Part shown: positions 1 through 13,630 of the stretch, in pieces
How the letters are laid out: the number at the start of each line of letters is the position of its first letter
How positions within the stretch are numbered: the stretch's first letter is position 1
DNA from: Octopus vulgaris
Lineage: Eukaryota
Length of the DNA: 64,000 nucleotides
Direction: 5' to 3'
Assembly (NCBI GenBank): GCA_951406725.2
Contig: OX597841.1
Coordinates: forward strand, 19,592,001-19,656,000
The notes under the pieces: generated by a model
What the model was told of the DNA's origin: nothing
What the model saw: the letters and a program-made list of their open reading frames with translations, nothing else
The model's database searches: none
Program-made: the position numbers and the translations under genes

Positions 1-1050
1 ATATATATATATATATATACATGTACATATATATATATAAATATACATATATATGTATATAGATATATATATACATAATATATATATATACACATATATA
101 TGTGTGTGTGCATGCACATGTATATATAAATATGTGTGTGTGTGTGTGCATGTGCATGTATATATAAATATGTGTGTGTGTGTGTATTGTTCAAATTTAC
201 AGAAAACAAAATACAAAGACAGATGTATCTTTGCGTTTTGTGTTTTATAAAGCAGAGAAGGAAATGTCATTATATATACAAATCATTGTGCGTGTGTGTA
301 TGTGTATACATATATATAATATTATGTATCTGCTGAGATTCAATGGGAGTCACTGAATGACTTGGAGTAAAGGTTTCTAAATGCTGTGCCACAATTGGTT
401 TACAAGAGTACGATGAAGGTTTAAAAGTCAAAATCCACACTAATACTTGAAATACTTTCTAAAATCTGTCTGACATAAATTTTGATAAGCACAGACAGCA
501 GAACCTTGCAGTATGAGGGCACCACTGTACGAGTGATTTGCTGTATGAGCTGAGACTTGTGCAAACTTTTGTCTTGAAGTACAAGCGAAAATCCATAGTA
601 CGAGCAGAGAAATCATCCCATCTTTAAGATGATCCAGTTAATAAAACCAGTTGACAGATTTCTTTTGCATTCTCTTTTTTATAATTGTCATTTTACTTGT
701 AACTACACCTTTTCTGTTTCAAAACCCATACATATAAGTTTTGGATGGTTTTTGGGGGCTGGAACAGATTAATTATAGTTTAGTTAATTTCAATGGGGAA
801 AATTGATTTGTAAAACAAGTAAATCATAAAACAAGCTGAATCATGGAACAAATGAAGCTGATGCTGGAAGGTAAAAGTGTCCTGGGTCAGCTTCACCTTT
901 CACCATTCAGGATTGATAAAATAATAAGTACCAGTCAAGTTTTGGAGACAATGTAACTGATGTTCCCCTCCCCTGAAAACGATGGCCTTTTACCAAAAAT
1001 TGACATCAATATTGGATGGTGAGCCTCGTTTGTTGATTTTAAATTTTACT

Positions 1051-1277
1051 TTAACCTTTTAGCATTTAAACCAGTCATATCCAACCCAAATATTCTATGT
1101 TTTCTGTTCAAAACAGCTTAGGTCAGGCCACTTACACCAATCCTACAGTGGCATTCTAAAAGTAAATAACCACATCATTGAAATCTTGAAGCTACAAAAT
1201 AAGCCATAATTAAATGAAAACAATGTGAATAAATAAGCAGAACATTTGAGAGAGTAACCTGAATGTTTGAGGGTTAA
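1051..1277. mobile_element. piggyBac-like MITE (TTAA-flanked)
   Basis: TTAA-ccttttagcatt ... aatgtttgaggg-TTAA. Related bodies at 1280-1505, 43320-43512 (ends aaagggttaa) and 58300-58400. Confidence 0.55.
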
Positions 1278-2286
1278 ACCAGCCACAAACAGCTCAGATA
1301 TTCTGCTTGTTTTATGTTCAAACTGGCCACATCTGGTCCAGATCTTGTAGCTGTTTCATGTTTAAGCCAACCAGATCTGGCCCCTCAAACCTATCATACA
1401 ATATCCTCCTCAAAATAAACAAGCACATCATCAAAATTTCAAAGCTGTGAGATAATGTATGATTAATTGAAAACAATTTAAATAAATAATCATTACATTT
1501 GACGGAGCCTTGGCACAGGAGATGGAGAGGGTTTATCTCCCAACCAGTGATATTAACGAGAGAGCATTTTGCACCAAAAGCCAATATGGGAGAGGTTCTC
1601 TCATGGTATTTACTGCAGTATAGTCTGTTCTAACAGAACATCCCATGTTTAAATGAGAATAAATATTACCTCTCTGTCACTAATATATACATATTTTTAA
1701 CAAGATCACTGGTTAATCACAACACCAGTGTCTGTTCTTTTGCTGGCAGGGAGATGAGTCACTGCTTTCTCTAGCAGTCAAGAGTCCATCATTGACAAGC
1801 CCAAATAAGGTTAAAATCACATGATGATGGAGATGGCAAGGATTTATCTCTCTGCCAGCGATATAAACAGGATTGCATTTTGCATGAAAAGCCAATATGG
1901 AGGTTTCTCTCCTGGTATCTACCACAGTAGAGCTTCTTTTAACAGAACTTCCATGTTTAAGTGGAGAAAAATTCGACGGAGTAATATGAATGCTAAAGAG
2001 TTGAAACATTGTTTTAATGCCCCGTGCAAATGGCACTGGGAATTTCTTTTTTTTTTTTTACTTGCCAACCATAAGATGTAAATGAATTTTAAGACCAGAG
2101 TTCCTAAATTGCCAAGAAAATCCATGCTCCTGTGTCACCCTCAAAGCAACCTCAGCAAATATAAGAGCATTCAACATATACATATGTATATATATTTCTA
2201 TATCTGTACATATCCACTTGACTATGTGTATGATGTGTATATATGTATTTATATATCCTATATTATGTATGCATATAGATGTGTGT

Positions 2287-2334
<48 letters not shown>

Positions 2335-2509
2335 TAGGAGAGAGAGAAAGAGAGAGAAAGAAAGGGAGAGAGAGGAGGCAGCCAGAGCTTTGGATAATTC
2401 TTTATTAACACTTTTGTTCATTTAACCGAACACTTCAAGACAAAAATTAAAACCAAAATTTTTGTCTTGACAAAGAATTATCCAAAATTCTGACTGCCTT
2501 CCTTTTTCT

Positions 2510-2585
<76 letters not shown>

Positions 2586-2728
2586 TATATTATATACATA
2601 TTTTATCATACATTTCATGTGAGTTTATGTATATATATATACTTGTACATTATATATGCTTATATATTTGTGTGTGTGTTTGTGTATTGTACATATATCA
2701 TTCTTACATATATACATATATGCATGCC

Positions 2729-2765
<37 letters not shown>

Positions 2766-3329
2766 GATATTACGTAATATAAAATTCTGGTAAATTGTCA
2801 AACTTGGCTTTGGCCAAAATATATTTTTTCAATTTAGTTTCCAAATGCTAGCTTTGTGTAATGATGTTTACGTTTTTGTAGCATCATATATGCGTATCAT
2901 ATATATGTATGCATGTATGTATGTATGTATGTATGTATGTATGTATGTATGTATGCACGCATGCATGCATGCATGTATGTATGTATCAATATAAGCACTC
3001 ATGCACATGCATATATACATACACTGGAGTATATGTATGCTTAAACACACTTGCACACATTTCTTAACATACATTTAAGAGATTCTTCAAGATAAAAATA
3101 GATACCAAAAACATCATCTTAAAAAAATAACAGAAACAGAAAACAAAATATGAATATAAAATAACAACAAATTATGATAAATAATGGTAGACACCTTTTT
3201 CACACCTGGATGTGCAACAAAGGTGTAACTTTTTGAAGCCGTAAACTGTGCCAATGCTGGAACACAGGAGATGTAACAGGAAAACAACATTCTCAAGGAC
3301 CAATACAGGCAAAATATAAGACCAGAGCT

Positions 3330-4590
3330 CATGTGTGTCACAAACAATGACCTATTGTGACACATTCAAATTAAAATTCCAGCTACATGTTGGAAGACTG
3401 TGACAGCAGAACTCAAATGTGTCATGTGTGCCAGCAATTTTTCAAGCATTTAAACCATGTTACATCTATGAGGCATTGTGTGTGTGTGTGTGACACATAT
3501 TAAACAAATTCTTTAATGTGCATGTAGAAAGACAGTGACTGTAGGCAGACCTTGGATGTGTCCTAGATGTGTTCTGCAAGGTTTTTAGGCAATGAACTGT
3601 ATCACAACAATGATACACTAAATGGTGTAACACAGATGAGTAGCTTGAATATATCAAATAGACTGTGACACAAAATTTCAACTGTGTCTTTGTAACACAG
3701 TGTTTCAGAGTAACAACAGTCTGTATCATGAAATACATACCAGGGTATGTGACACACAGTTCCTAAATATTTCATCAGAGTGTGACACACAGAGATTTGA
3801 GTTGAGTGACATAACATATGTAACCATGATACCTGAGTATGATTTCGCACGTCACAATTGTGACAAGTTGCCAGGGTTTTCAGTTCAGATGTGTCATAAT
3901 TGCAACATGACACAAGAGGTTTTAGTTTGACAAGTGTGACAGACAACATTCAAAGTATGAGCTTGTCACAGTGCAACCAAATACTATTGTTTGCAGTGGA
4001 GCTGTGTCACAGTTCTAACATGGCACAGGAGTTTTTAGCCTGCTCTCCTGCAACATAAGAGGGGCACAGTAATACTAACAAACAAAAAAATGGATGAAAA
4101 TTTTAGTTCCTTTCATGATACAACTGTGACACATCTCCAGAATTTTGAATCCAGTTACATCACATGTGACAAAAAGGACAAACAGTTTTAAGTTTAGTCA
4201 CAAGACATGTGACACAGCACCAACATGAGTTTAGTTACATTACATGTATCACAATACCAACATTTGTATTCAGTCACGTTACATGTGACACAGCACCAAC
4301 AATTGAATTCAGTCATGTTACGTGTCACGATACCAATATTTGAGTTCAGTAGTTACGTTACATGTGGCACAGCACCAATATTTGAAGTCAGCATGTCACA
4401 CATGTTACAATATCAACATTTGAGTACACTACATCAGTTCATGTCGCAACTTTTGTAACACAGCACTCAAGATTTCAGTTTAGCATTAATGTGTCCCTGT
4501 CACATAATGACAAGAAAACTTTCAGACGGATCACATGATGTGTCAGCAAAATAAATAAATTTATTAATTAAACAAAAGTTATCAGTCACA
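3330..4590. repeat. TGTGAC/GTCACA-rich degenerate repeat field, with about 38-40-bp units at 4190-4480
   Basis: Units such as tcagtcacgttacatgtgacacagcaccaacaattgaat; perfect palindrome gtcacaattgtgac at 3851-3864. Confidence 0.75.
4560..4565 (-). terminator. Candidate proximal polyadenylation signal AATAAA
   Basis: tttatt on the plus strand about 135 nt past the stop codon. The real 3' end may be more distal. Confidence 0.3.
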
Positions 4591-4700
4591 CAACAGCTTC
4601 TATCCAACAAGGTAAAGGTGGGTCCAGGAAGCTGTGGACAAAGAGGTCCCACTTTCAAATACAACCAAGCAAGTATTCTGAACATCGAGGGTTTTATAAT

Positions 4701-4793
4701 TTAGAGAAGAAACAATGAGAGGAAGGCCTTTGGATTCAGGGGCCGGCAGACAATTTCTAGTTCATCTTCTTTGGAACAGGGATGGCCAGTCAA
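4701..4793 (-). CDS. FBXO32: FBXO25/32 terminal coding exon to TAA
   Basis: Long pyrimidine tract then ttgttgcAG. LTGHPCSKEDELEIVCRPLNPKAFLSLFLL*; compare human GTDHPC...LSPQDFINLFKF. Confidence 0.93.
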   Translation of the reverse strand: MTGHPCSKEDELEIVCRPLNPKAFLSLFLL

Positions 4794-4934
4794 CTGCAAC
4801 AAGAAAGAGAAAGAGAGAAGGTAGATATTAAGAGCAAGGGAACAGCAACAACATCAACAATCATTTTAAGGCTATTTTCCCTCCTAATATGTAAAAAAAG
4901 GCCTTTGGCCTTTTTACATACATGTCTGTGTGTA

Positions 4935-5091
4935 TACATACACACGCACACACATACACACACACATAATACACACACGCACACATACACACACACACAT
5001 ACACACACACATAATACACACACACACACATACACACACACACACACATACACACACACATAATACACACACACACATACACACACACATA

Positions 5092-5129
<38 letters not shown>

Positions 5130-5250
5130 ACACACACACATACACACACACATAATACACACACACACACACATAATACACACACACACACATACACACA
5201 CACATAATACACACACACACACATACACACACACACGCACACATACACAT
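4935..5250. repeat. (CA)n with periodic CATAATA interruptions
   Basis: Direct reading. Confidence 0.95.
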
Positions 5251-5315
5251 GATGGTTTCATTTCCAGAGACTGAAACAAGTAAGAGATAAAAAAACCCCT
5301 TTATATTTTAATGGT

Positions 5316-5640
5316 GGAGGCACATGGCCTAGTGGCTAGAGTAGTGGACTTGTGGTAGAAGGATCGCAGGTTCGAATCTTAGACCAGGCGTTGTGTGTGT
5401 TTAAGAACAAGACACCTAAGCTCCACTTGGCTCCGGCAGAAGGTAATGGCAAAAATTCTGCTGACTCTTTTGCCACAACTTTCTCTCACTCTTTCCTCCT
5501 GCATCTTTCTCTCACTCTTTCCTCCTGCATCTTTCTCTCACTCTTTCCTCCTGCATCTTTCTCTCACTCTTTCCTCCTGCATCTTTCTCTCACTCTTTCC
5601 TCCTGCGTCTTGCAGCTCACCTGCAACAGATTGGATTTCA
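5316..5640 (+). mobile_element. tRNA-like SINE family C with an internal 26-bp tandem repeat (about 5 units)
   Basis: tggcctagtgg (A box) and ggttcgaatc (B box); unit ctttctctcactctttcctcctgcat over 5479-5608. Confidence 0.7.
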
Positions 5641-6818
5641 CCACATTATACTTTTTTCTTTTTTTTAAATTTTTTTTTACTTGTTTCAGTCATTTGACTG
5701 CGGCCATGTTGGAGCACCGCCTTTAGTCGAGCAAATCGACCCCGGGACTTATTCTTTGTAAGCCCAGTACTTATTCTTTCGGTCTCTTTTGCCGAACCGC
5801 TAAGTTACGGGGACGTAAACACACCACCATCGGTTGTCAAGCGATGCTAGGGGGACAAACACACACACACACACATATATGAATATATACGACAGGCTTC
5901 TTTCAGTTTCCGTCTACCAAATCCACTCACAAGGCATTGGTCGGCTCGGGGCTATAGCAGAAGACACTTGCCCAAGATGCCATGCAGTGGGACTGAACCC
6001 GGAACCATGTGGTTGGTTAGCAAGCTACTTACCACACAGCCACTCCTGCGCCTTCTTCTTGTTTTTTTTTTATCACTTGTTTCAGTCATTACACTCCGCC
6101 CATGCTGGGGCACCGCCTTGAAGAATTTGTAGTCGAATGGATTGATCCCAGAACATATTTTTAAAGCTTGATACTGTCTTTTGCTGAACCACAAAGTTAC
6201 AAGGAGAGCAAGTGGAAGCGGACAAACACAGACACACACACATAAAATAACAAAAGTGCTTAGACACGATATAAAACCAAAAAGGAAAACTTCAATTGTC
6301 ACTAATAGTGACTGAGGGTGCAGAGTAGCACCTCCATTGCTAGAAAACAAGAGTCAAAGACCTTTATAACCATAGAAATCACAGTGAGCTAGATCACTAA
6401 ACTTGCAAGCTGGTTTTGCTTGGAACTAAAACCCATCAGTAGAGACCACTCCATCGCTGAATGGTTTGGTCAAATCTTACCAGTCAGTATATACTATTTA
6501 CCAGTCAGGAATCAATTCAGCAAAATGGTATTGTGAAAATTATAAAATAACAAAGCTGGCTATATATATACGATGGGCTTCTTTCAGTTTCCATCTCTGA
6601 AATCCACTGACAAAGCTTTGGTTGACCTGAGGCTATAGTAGAAGACACTTGCCCAAGGTGCCATGCAATGAGACTAAAACCAGAATTGTGTGGTTGGGAA
6701 GCAAGCTTCTTACCACACAGCTATAGTGACCACTTCATATTAACCACAGCACTTCACAGTGTAGTGGTCAGCATACTGGTTTCACAGACCCAGGTAACGT
6801 GAAGGTCTATCTGCTTAC

Positions 6819-6891
6819 CTTCCAGAATATACAATCACAGTTGCAACAGATACACAGCATGTCCGCAAACGTATCTTTCCTTCCAAATCGT
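6819..6891 (-). CDS. FBXO32: FBXO25/32 coding exon (73 nt)
   Basis: ttgtttttgcAG / GTaagc. Completes the split Lys codon (AA|A), then RFGRKDTFADMLCICCNCDCIFWK; compare human [23 protein letters not shown]. Confidence 0.93.
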
Positions 6892-6931
6892 CTGCAAAAA
6901 ACAACAATAATAGAAAGAAAATTACAACAAC

Positions 6932-6977
<46 letters not shown>

Positions 6978-7579
6978 TAACTTTATTTCTATCAAAAAAA
7001 AAAAAAAATGAACGAACTAGTGAGTTTAGTTTAATGGCCTACCAATGTATACTATGAGTTTCTTTGCCCTAGGAGTCGGGAAGACACTCGGCAAGAAATG
7101 GAAGCAAATTTGAAAGAAGAAGAAAAACCCATAAATCATAATAATAATAATAATAATAATATCAATAATAATAATAATTGTTTCTGTTATAGGCACAAGA
7201 ATTTGTAAGGAGGAGGATAGTTGATCCTACCAACCCCAGTACGTAACTGGTACCTATTTTATTGGCCTCAAAAAGATGAAAGGCAAAGTCGACCTTGGTG
7301 GAATTTGAACTCAGAGGAAACGCCACAAAGCGTTTCGTCTGCCATGCTAACAGTTCTGCCAGCTCACCATCTTCAATAATAATAATCCTTTCTACTACTG
7401 AAATTTGGGGGAGGTGAAGCCAGTTGATTAGATTGACCCCAGTACGACACGAGTACTTAATTTATTAACCCCAAAAGATGAAAGTCAAAGTTGACTTAGG
7501 CAGAATTTGAACTCAGAATACACAAAATACTACTAAGCATTTTGCCCAGCATGCTAACGACTCTGCCAGCTCGGCTGCC

Positions 7580-7618
<39 letters not shown>

Positions 7619-7959
7619 GGGGAGGGGACTCATCGATTACATTGACCCCCAGTACTCAACTGGCATTTATTTTATCAACCTCCAAAAGGATGAAAGGCAA
7701 AATCAACATCAGTGGAATTTGAACTCAAAACCTAAAGATGAACAAAATGCTGCTCAGCATTTCACCCGGCATCTTAACCATTCTGCCAGCTCACTGCCGG
7801 AACAACAACAACAATAATAATCCTTACTACTCTACGCACAAGGCTTAGAATTTGAGGGGAAGGGGACTAGTCAGTTACATTGACACTAGTGCTAAGCATT
7901 TTACCCAGCATGCTAATGTCTCTGCCAGCTCACCACTTTCATAATAATAATAATAATAA

Positions 7960-8515
7960 ATGCCCTGATGCAGTACCAGGCAGTGGCTCTCATGGCTTCT
8001 GATCTTAACTGACTGGAAGTGTTATCATGTACATTGTTTTGTCTTGGTATAAAAGATGGGCTACAGCAAATATTCTGCTCAATTCCACAGATTTGCTTGT
8101 CAGTTGTTTGACCTTAACCAGTTGAGCATGTCCCTTAGTGGCTAACGATATGTGCATCTCTGATCAAGAGCAGAAGTAGTGGGGGAGCATCATAGCCATG
8201 TGTTGAGAGGAATTCTTGGAGGTTTGGATAATTCACCTCTGGAAACATGGGTGGTTCATTCAACATCTTTAAACAAACCTTATTCAGGGACCATTTGAGT
8301 GGGATGGGCTACTCAACCTGAAGAAAATTCTAACTGGGCCCCACCTGCAAGGTCATGTGCTGTTTATCTTGATATGAGATCACCATGTCGCGCACATATG
8401 GTTGTGATGTATGTGCCTGGTGTACCCTTATCAGACGGATAGTCACGATGGGTATAATGGCCTTGGTATATTTTACCCCAGTGTCACTTTGATGGTATGC
8501 ACTGCTCTCTCACTC

Positions 8516-8517
<2 letters not shown>
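7960..8517. mobile_element. About 560-bp non-coding interspersed repeat embedded in (AAT)n
   Basis: Highly similar copies at 19287-19823 and 61454-62356, fragments at 49643-49700 and 31990-32135. All but the diverged 32-kb fragment end ...cactgctctct(cact)c then (AAT)n. Confidence 0.85.
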
Positions 8518-8574
<57 letters not shown>

Positions 8575-9089
8575 TAATATCCCATTTGTCTACAGTGAAA
8601 GATTTTCTCCATGACAAAACACAGTGAATGGCTTTCTTATGAGTTCAAATATGCCCCAAGCATATATGAGCAGCCAATAACCTTGCACAAAAAAAAGCAT
8701 AGCTGTGTGGTTAAGACATTCACTCAGCTTTGAGGTTGTAGTTTCAATCCTACTGTACAGCACACTACGAGGTCTTGGTCAACCGAAGGCTACAGTAGAA
8801 GACACCTACTCCGTATGTAACAGAGTGACGTTTGAAACCTGAACCAGAGGCTCCAGAAATGAATTCCGTCACCAGATAAGCAATGTTTCTCTTTAGACAC
8901 AGATTAATTACAGTCATGATCTAAATATCTTAACAAGCGAATTAATTTTATTCATGGCCACAAATGATAAAGGCACAAGAGGAATTTAGGTCATGTGATT
9001 AATGGAAGCTGAAATAGGAGACAGGGGTCAACTCATATCCACTAACCCCCCCCCCCTAACACGCATTCATGCATGCATACATACATACA

Positions 9090-9145
<56 letters not shown>

Positions 9146-9178
9146 GTACATATATGCATTTATATATATATATGTATA

Positions 9179-9218
<40 letters not shown>

Positions 9219-9257
9219 CAAACATGTGTGTGTGTGTGAGTACATGTGTATGTGTGA

Positions 9258-9305
<48 letters not shown>

Positions 9306-9892
9306 TTCTACTATACTCTTTTTACTCTTTTACTTGTTTCAGTCATTTGACAGTGGCCATGCTGGAGCACCGCCTTTAGTTGAGCACATCGAACCCAGGT
9401 TTTATTCTTTGTAAACATAGTGCTTATTCTATCGGTCTCTTTTGCTGAACTGGTAAGTTACGGGGATGTAAACACACCAGCATCAGTTGTCAAGCGTTGT
9501 TGGAGGAGCAAAAACAGACACACAAACATACACACACATACATACATACATATATATACATATCGCCATGTTGATTCATTAGCTACTGCACGCATTTTTT
9601 TTCTCTCCTTCTTTCTGTGTTTTTCTCTCTCTGTGTATCTTTCTGTCGAAGAGCATAGGCTCGAAACGTTAAAGACTTGTTTTATTTATATTTCCTGAGC
9701 GCCATACTAATACAATTGTTCGTTTGTTTTCCACCTGCCTTCGTCTTTTGTTTATTTTCATAAAGCTTCCCGTTATATATATATATATATAGTTATTAAT
9801 ATTTGAGGGAATAAAATCCAAAACTTACAAGGAAAAAAAATTCAATTTAGAAATACTAAATCAAATTTCACACAATATAATATTTATATAAA

Positions 9893-10206
9893 AAATTAGA
9901 AAAAAACACCTTTTATCAATTCAAAATGAACAATTAAATTGCACCAACCAGAAAATTTCATATTATAGAAATATTAAAATTAAAATAACAATAAAACGTC
10001 AAAGATTAAGTAAATTGCAAAAAAATAAATAATAATAATAACTTATTTAAATTGTAGAATAACATAAGTTATTATTATTATTTTTTTTTTGGCTATTTGA
10101 CGTTTTATTGTTATTTTAATTTTAATATTTCTATAATATGAAATTTTCTGGATGGTGCAATTTAATTGTTCATTTTGAATTGATAAAAGGTGTTTTTTTC
10201 TAATTT
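9893..10206. repeat. Foldback: about 110-bp AT-rich inverted repeats
   Basis: aaattagaaaaaaacaccttttatc...aaaacgtcaaa versus tttgacgtttt...aaaaggtgtttttttctaattt. Confidence 0.9.
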
Positions 10207-10880
10207 ATATATATATATATGTATATATATATGTATATATATATACACACATATATACATGCAATGGGATTCTTCCAGTTTCCGTTTACCAAATCCCCCC
10301 AACATGTCTTTGGTTGGCCTGAGGCTATAGTAGAAGACACTTGCCCTAGATGCTATGCTGTAGGACTGAACCTGGAACCATGTAGTTCTAAGCAAGCTAC
10401 TTACCAGACAGCCACTCCTACACCTATACACATATACACACACATATATGCATATATATATACATATTTTTATATACATAGATAGATGGTGTGATGGGTA
10501 AATTGTTGCCATTTCATAATTTTAATTTTGAGCATGTGCATTGTTTGTCTCTGATTTTGCCGACTACACAGTATGGGAGGGTCAGTTGGGCACTGTCTGT
10601 GAGAAAAACAGCACCATGATGCCATTCGCTTTGCCAGAAGTTTGGAAATGACATGCTGCACTGCTTGAGGAAATTCTGAACTACAGACCCTCAAGTGACT
10701 ACATATATAATGAATCTGTGATTATGTAGATCAGAAAAAGGCGAAACAATTTGTTGGCCTTTTATGGTTTTTATAATTATTTATGTTATAGAATATTATA
10801 TTATGTTATATATTATATTCATATTACGGAGATGTACTTGCATAGCAAATGACTTGATCTGAGATCGTGTGCTGGAACGA

Positions 10881-11258
10881 AAACAATTGCAGCATGGAAG
10901 GTGTTTATAAGCCATTTAAGAAACACACAAAAGCCGTTCGATTCACTTCAACATTTAAGTTTAATTTGTCAAAATATTTTCGTCGCTTTATACACATATG
11001 TAAGCTTATGCAATGAAGTAATTATGTATGTATTTATATATATGTGTGCATTGGTACGAGTGCATATGTTTTTTTTGTGTGTATATACCTGTTCACTGAC
11101 AAAACTGAGATGCAACACAAAGCTTTGTCAGTGAACAGGTCGCGGTCTCAAAGCGACGAAAATATTTTGACAAATTAAACTTAAATGTTGAAGTGAATCG
11201 AACGGCTTTTGTGTGTTTCTTAAATGGCTTATAAACACCTTCCACGCTGCAATTGTTT
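10881..11258. repeat. Foldback: about 108-bp near-perfect inverted repeats
   Basis: aaacaattgcagc...aaaatattttcgtcgcttt (10881-10989) versus aaagcgacgaaaatatttt...gctgcaattgttt (11150-11258). A solo arm lies at 53746-53937. Confidence 0.9.
11124..11174 (+). ncRNA. Hammerhead-shaped fold with non-canonical core GTGAACA
   Basis: tttgtca-GTGAACA-g-gtcgc(ggtctcaaa)gcgac-GAAA-atat-TT-tgacaaa; identical copy at 53746-53796. Confidence 0.45.
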
Positions 11259-11338
11259 ATATTCATAGTATTTAATGTAATATTGTAATATAAATAAATT
11301 ATTGGATTGTCTATAGAATATCTCTATACTAAATTTAT

Positions 11339-11374
<36 letters not shown>

Positions 11375-13140
11375 GAAGAATCCACTAGAGTGGATGCAAG
11401 CCCTTATATATGATTTATAAAAACATGTTATATATTAATAAAAATCTGTAAATATAAAACCATCCAGATTTCTAAGTACCTTATTTCTTCTAATATATAT
11501 GTAGTGGATCTTGCATGCATGAAGTGGATTCAATCCACCACAGCCAAATTTAAATTAACACTGCAACAGAACTTTTCCCATGGTGGAACAATGGTTTTTT
11601 TCTGTGACAGCAGTTTTACATTTTCCAGATGCCTTTAGCTAGGCCGAAATAATGTCTTCACCACTTGACCCTTTCTAACCTCTTCTACTACACCAAAAGC
11701 TAGAATAGAGATAACAAGACCACCAACTAAATCTATTGTTCTCAATGATATATCTATCCTTCTGGATAGTTATATAAGCAAGCATACCCCAAGCAAAAAT
11801 CAGTTAGTCACAGTCATTGACAATTCAACGAAGTCTGGCTGACCAACCTTGGTCAGAGGGAGAAATGTAGTTTACTATCAGCAACTGCGAGACAACGTCC
11901 CATGCCCCACAACTCTCATTACTTCTAATTCTGTTCTCTTACAACATCATCCTGTCTCTCTCAGCAATTACTACTACTAAACAATGAAGAGGACACAAAC
12001 AGAAACTTTACTTCGCATGCTTTTTGATCTATTATAACCTGTTCATCGAGGCAAGGTATTGTAACGTAACGGTAAATAAACATTTCCTTAAAACTTCATG
12101 CATTGTTCATCTTTCACATCCTGCAATTATAACAACTTTTTGTCATCACAACTGCTGACCCCAACATATTCACAATATTGTGTACATAATCAATTTTTCC
12201 CGTTACAATTGGTGACCCCGTATATATACGACAAGCTTCTTTCAATTTCCATCTACCAAATCCACTCACAAGAATTCGGTTGGCCCGAGGCTATAGTAGA
12301 AGACACTTGCCCAAAGTGTCACACAGTGGGACTGAACCAATAGCCATGTGGTTGATAAGCGAGCTACTTACCACACAGCCACTCCTGCACCTGTATATAT
12401 ATTTATATATAGAAACACACACACACCAACGCACACACACACACGCACACACACACACATATATATATGCTACAGACTTCTTTGAGTTTCCATCAACCAC
12501 ATCCACTCACAAGGCTTTTTTGGTCAGCCTGGGGCTATAGTAGAAGAACTTGCCCAAGACTACAGTGTTGGAAAGCAAGCTTCTTAACAAATAAAAGGAG
12601 AACATAAAAACTGGTTGACTGGCAAAATGTTTAAACAATGATAAAATAACTGGCAGGAATGATAGCATTTTTCACATTCTGAAAGGAAACCCTGCTGAAA
12701 TCCCCTTTTCATCCCTCCAGAGTCGATAGATAAAGCATCAGCTATACTCAGAAAAAAAAAAATCACCCCAGAAATGTGACTTTGCAGAAGAACGATAGGA
12801 ATCCATGACCACCAACAGATTTGAAGAGAGGCAGCAAGCAGTGCCTGAAGGGAGCCAAATGAAAGATGAGTCAGCCAATTGGGAAAGCAGGAGGCAATAA
12901 TGGCTAGATATAACACAGCAGAGGGTTTCATCGTGTGTCCAGAATGCGTTCACCATTATGCGTATGACTATGGCCTCAGATCCCACGAGGGGATATACAA
13001 ATGAACAAAGTGTTAGGTTGGACTTGATCGACCAAATATATACTCAGCTCCAGTGTGAGCCATGGGAGACAACTGTGTGAACTGTGTGACAACTCAGTGT
13101 TTCTTTATCTTCACGGTATTGTTGAATGCAGTGTTAGGTT

Positions 13141-13630
13141 GACATGCATAAGATCTGGTCATCAAATCTAAGTAGAGACTTCAAACTTGAAATATGCAAA
13201 GCCACAGTCAAACCAATTCTACTATATGGCTCAGAAACCCGGACGTTATCAAAGAAGCTTGAGAGGCAGTTGGATGGAACCTACACTCGCCTCCTTATGA
13301 GAGCCCAAAATCTCTCGTGGAAGCGCCATCCAACCAAAATGCAAATATATGGGAAACTACCACCTGTATCATCTCTTGTGAAAGGTAGGAGAGTCCAGTT
13401 TGCTGGACATTGTTGTAGAGCTGAAAAAGAGGGAATTTCTACTTTTCTCCTCTGGAAGCCATCTGCTCGCGATACCAGAGGGCGCACACTCTCCTACCCT
13501 GATGTAATCTCCAGGGATACAGGCATCCAGCAACAGGACCTCCGTAATGCTATGATGGACCGTGAAGTCTGGCATAGCATGGTAAATTCCATTGTCTCGG
13601 CCACGGTCGAACAATGATGAATGATGATGA
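13141..13630 (+). mobile_element. 3' end of a different RTE-like LINE
   Basis: ORF 13144-13617: IWSSNLSRDFKL...KPILLYGSET...RRVQFAGHC...RGR, then a (TGA)n tail. Confidence 0.85.

Noticed and set aside
2401-2406. Distal AATAAA for FBXO25/32
   Set aside because: Lies inside a foldback repeat (2362-2510) and cannot be supported without 3'-end data.
10470-10694. ORF ending KIMKWQQF, resembling FBXO32 TILHWQQQL
   Set aside because: Out of exon order; that segment is already supplied in frame by 24799-24968, and no matching splice sites were seen.
11371-11470. CTGAAGA-atccac/gtggat hammerhead candidate
   Set aside because: GCAA instead of GAAA and no recognisable stem III.
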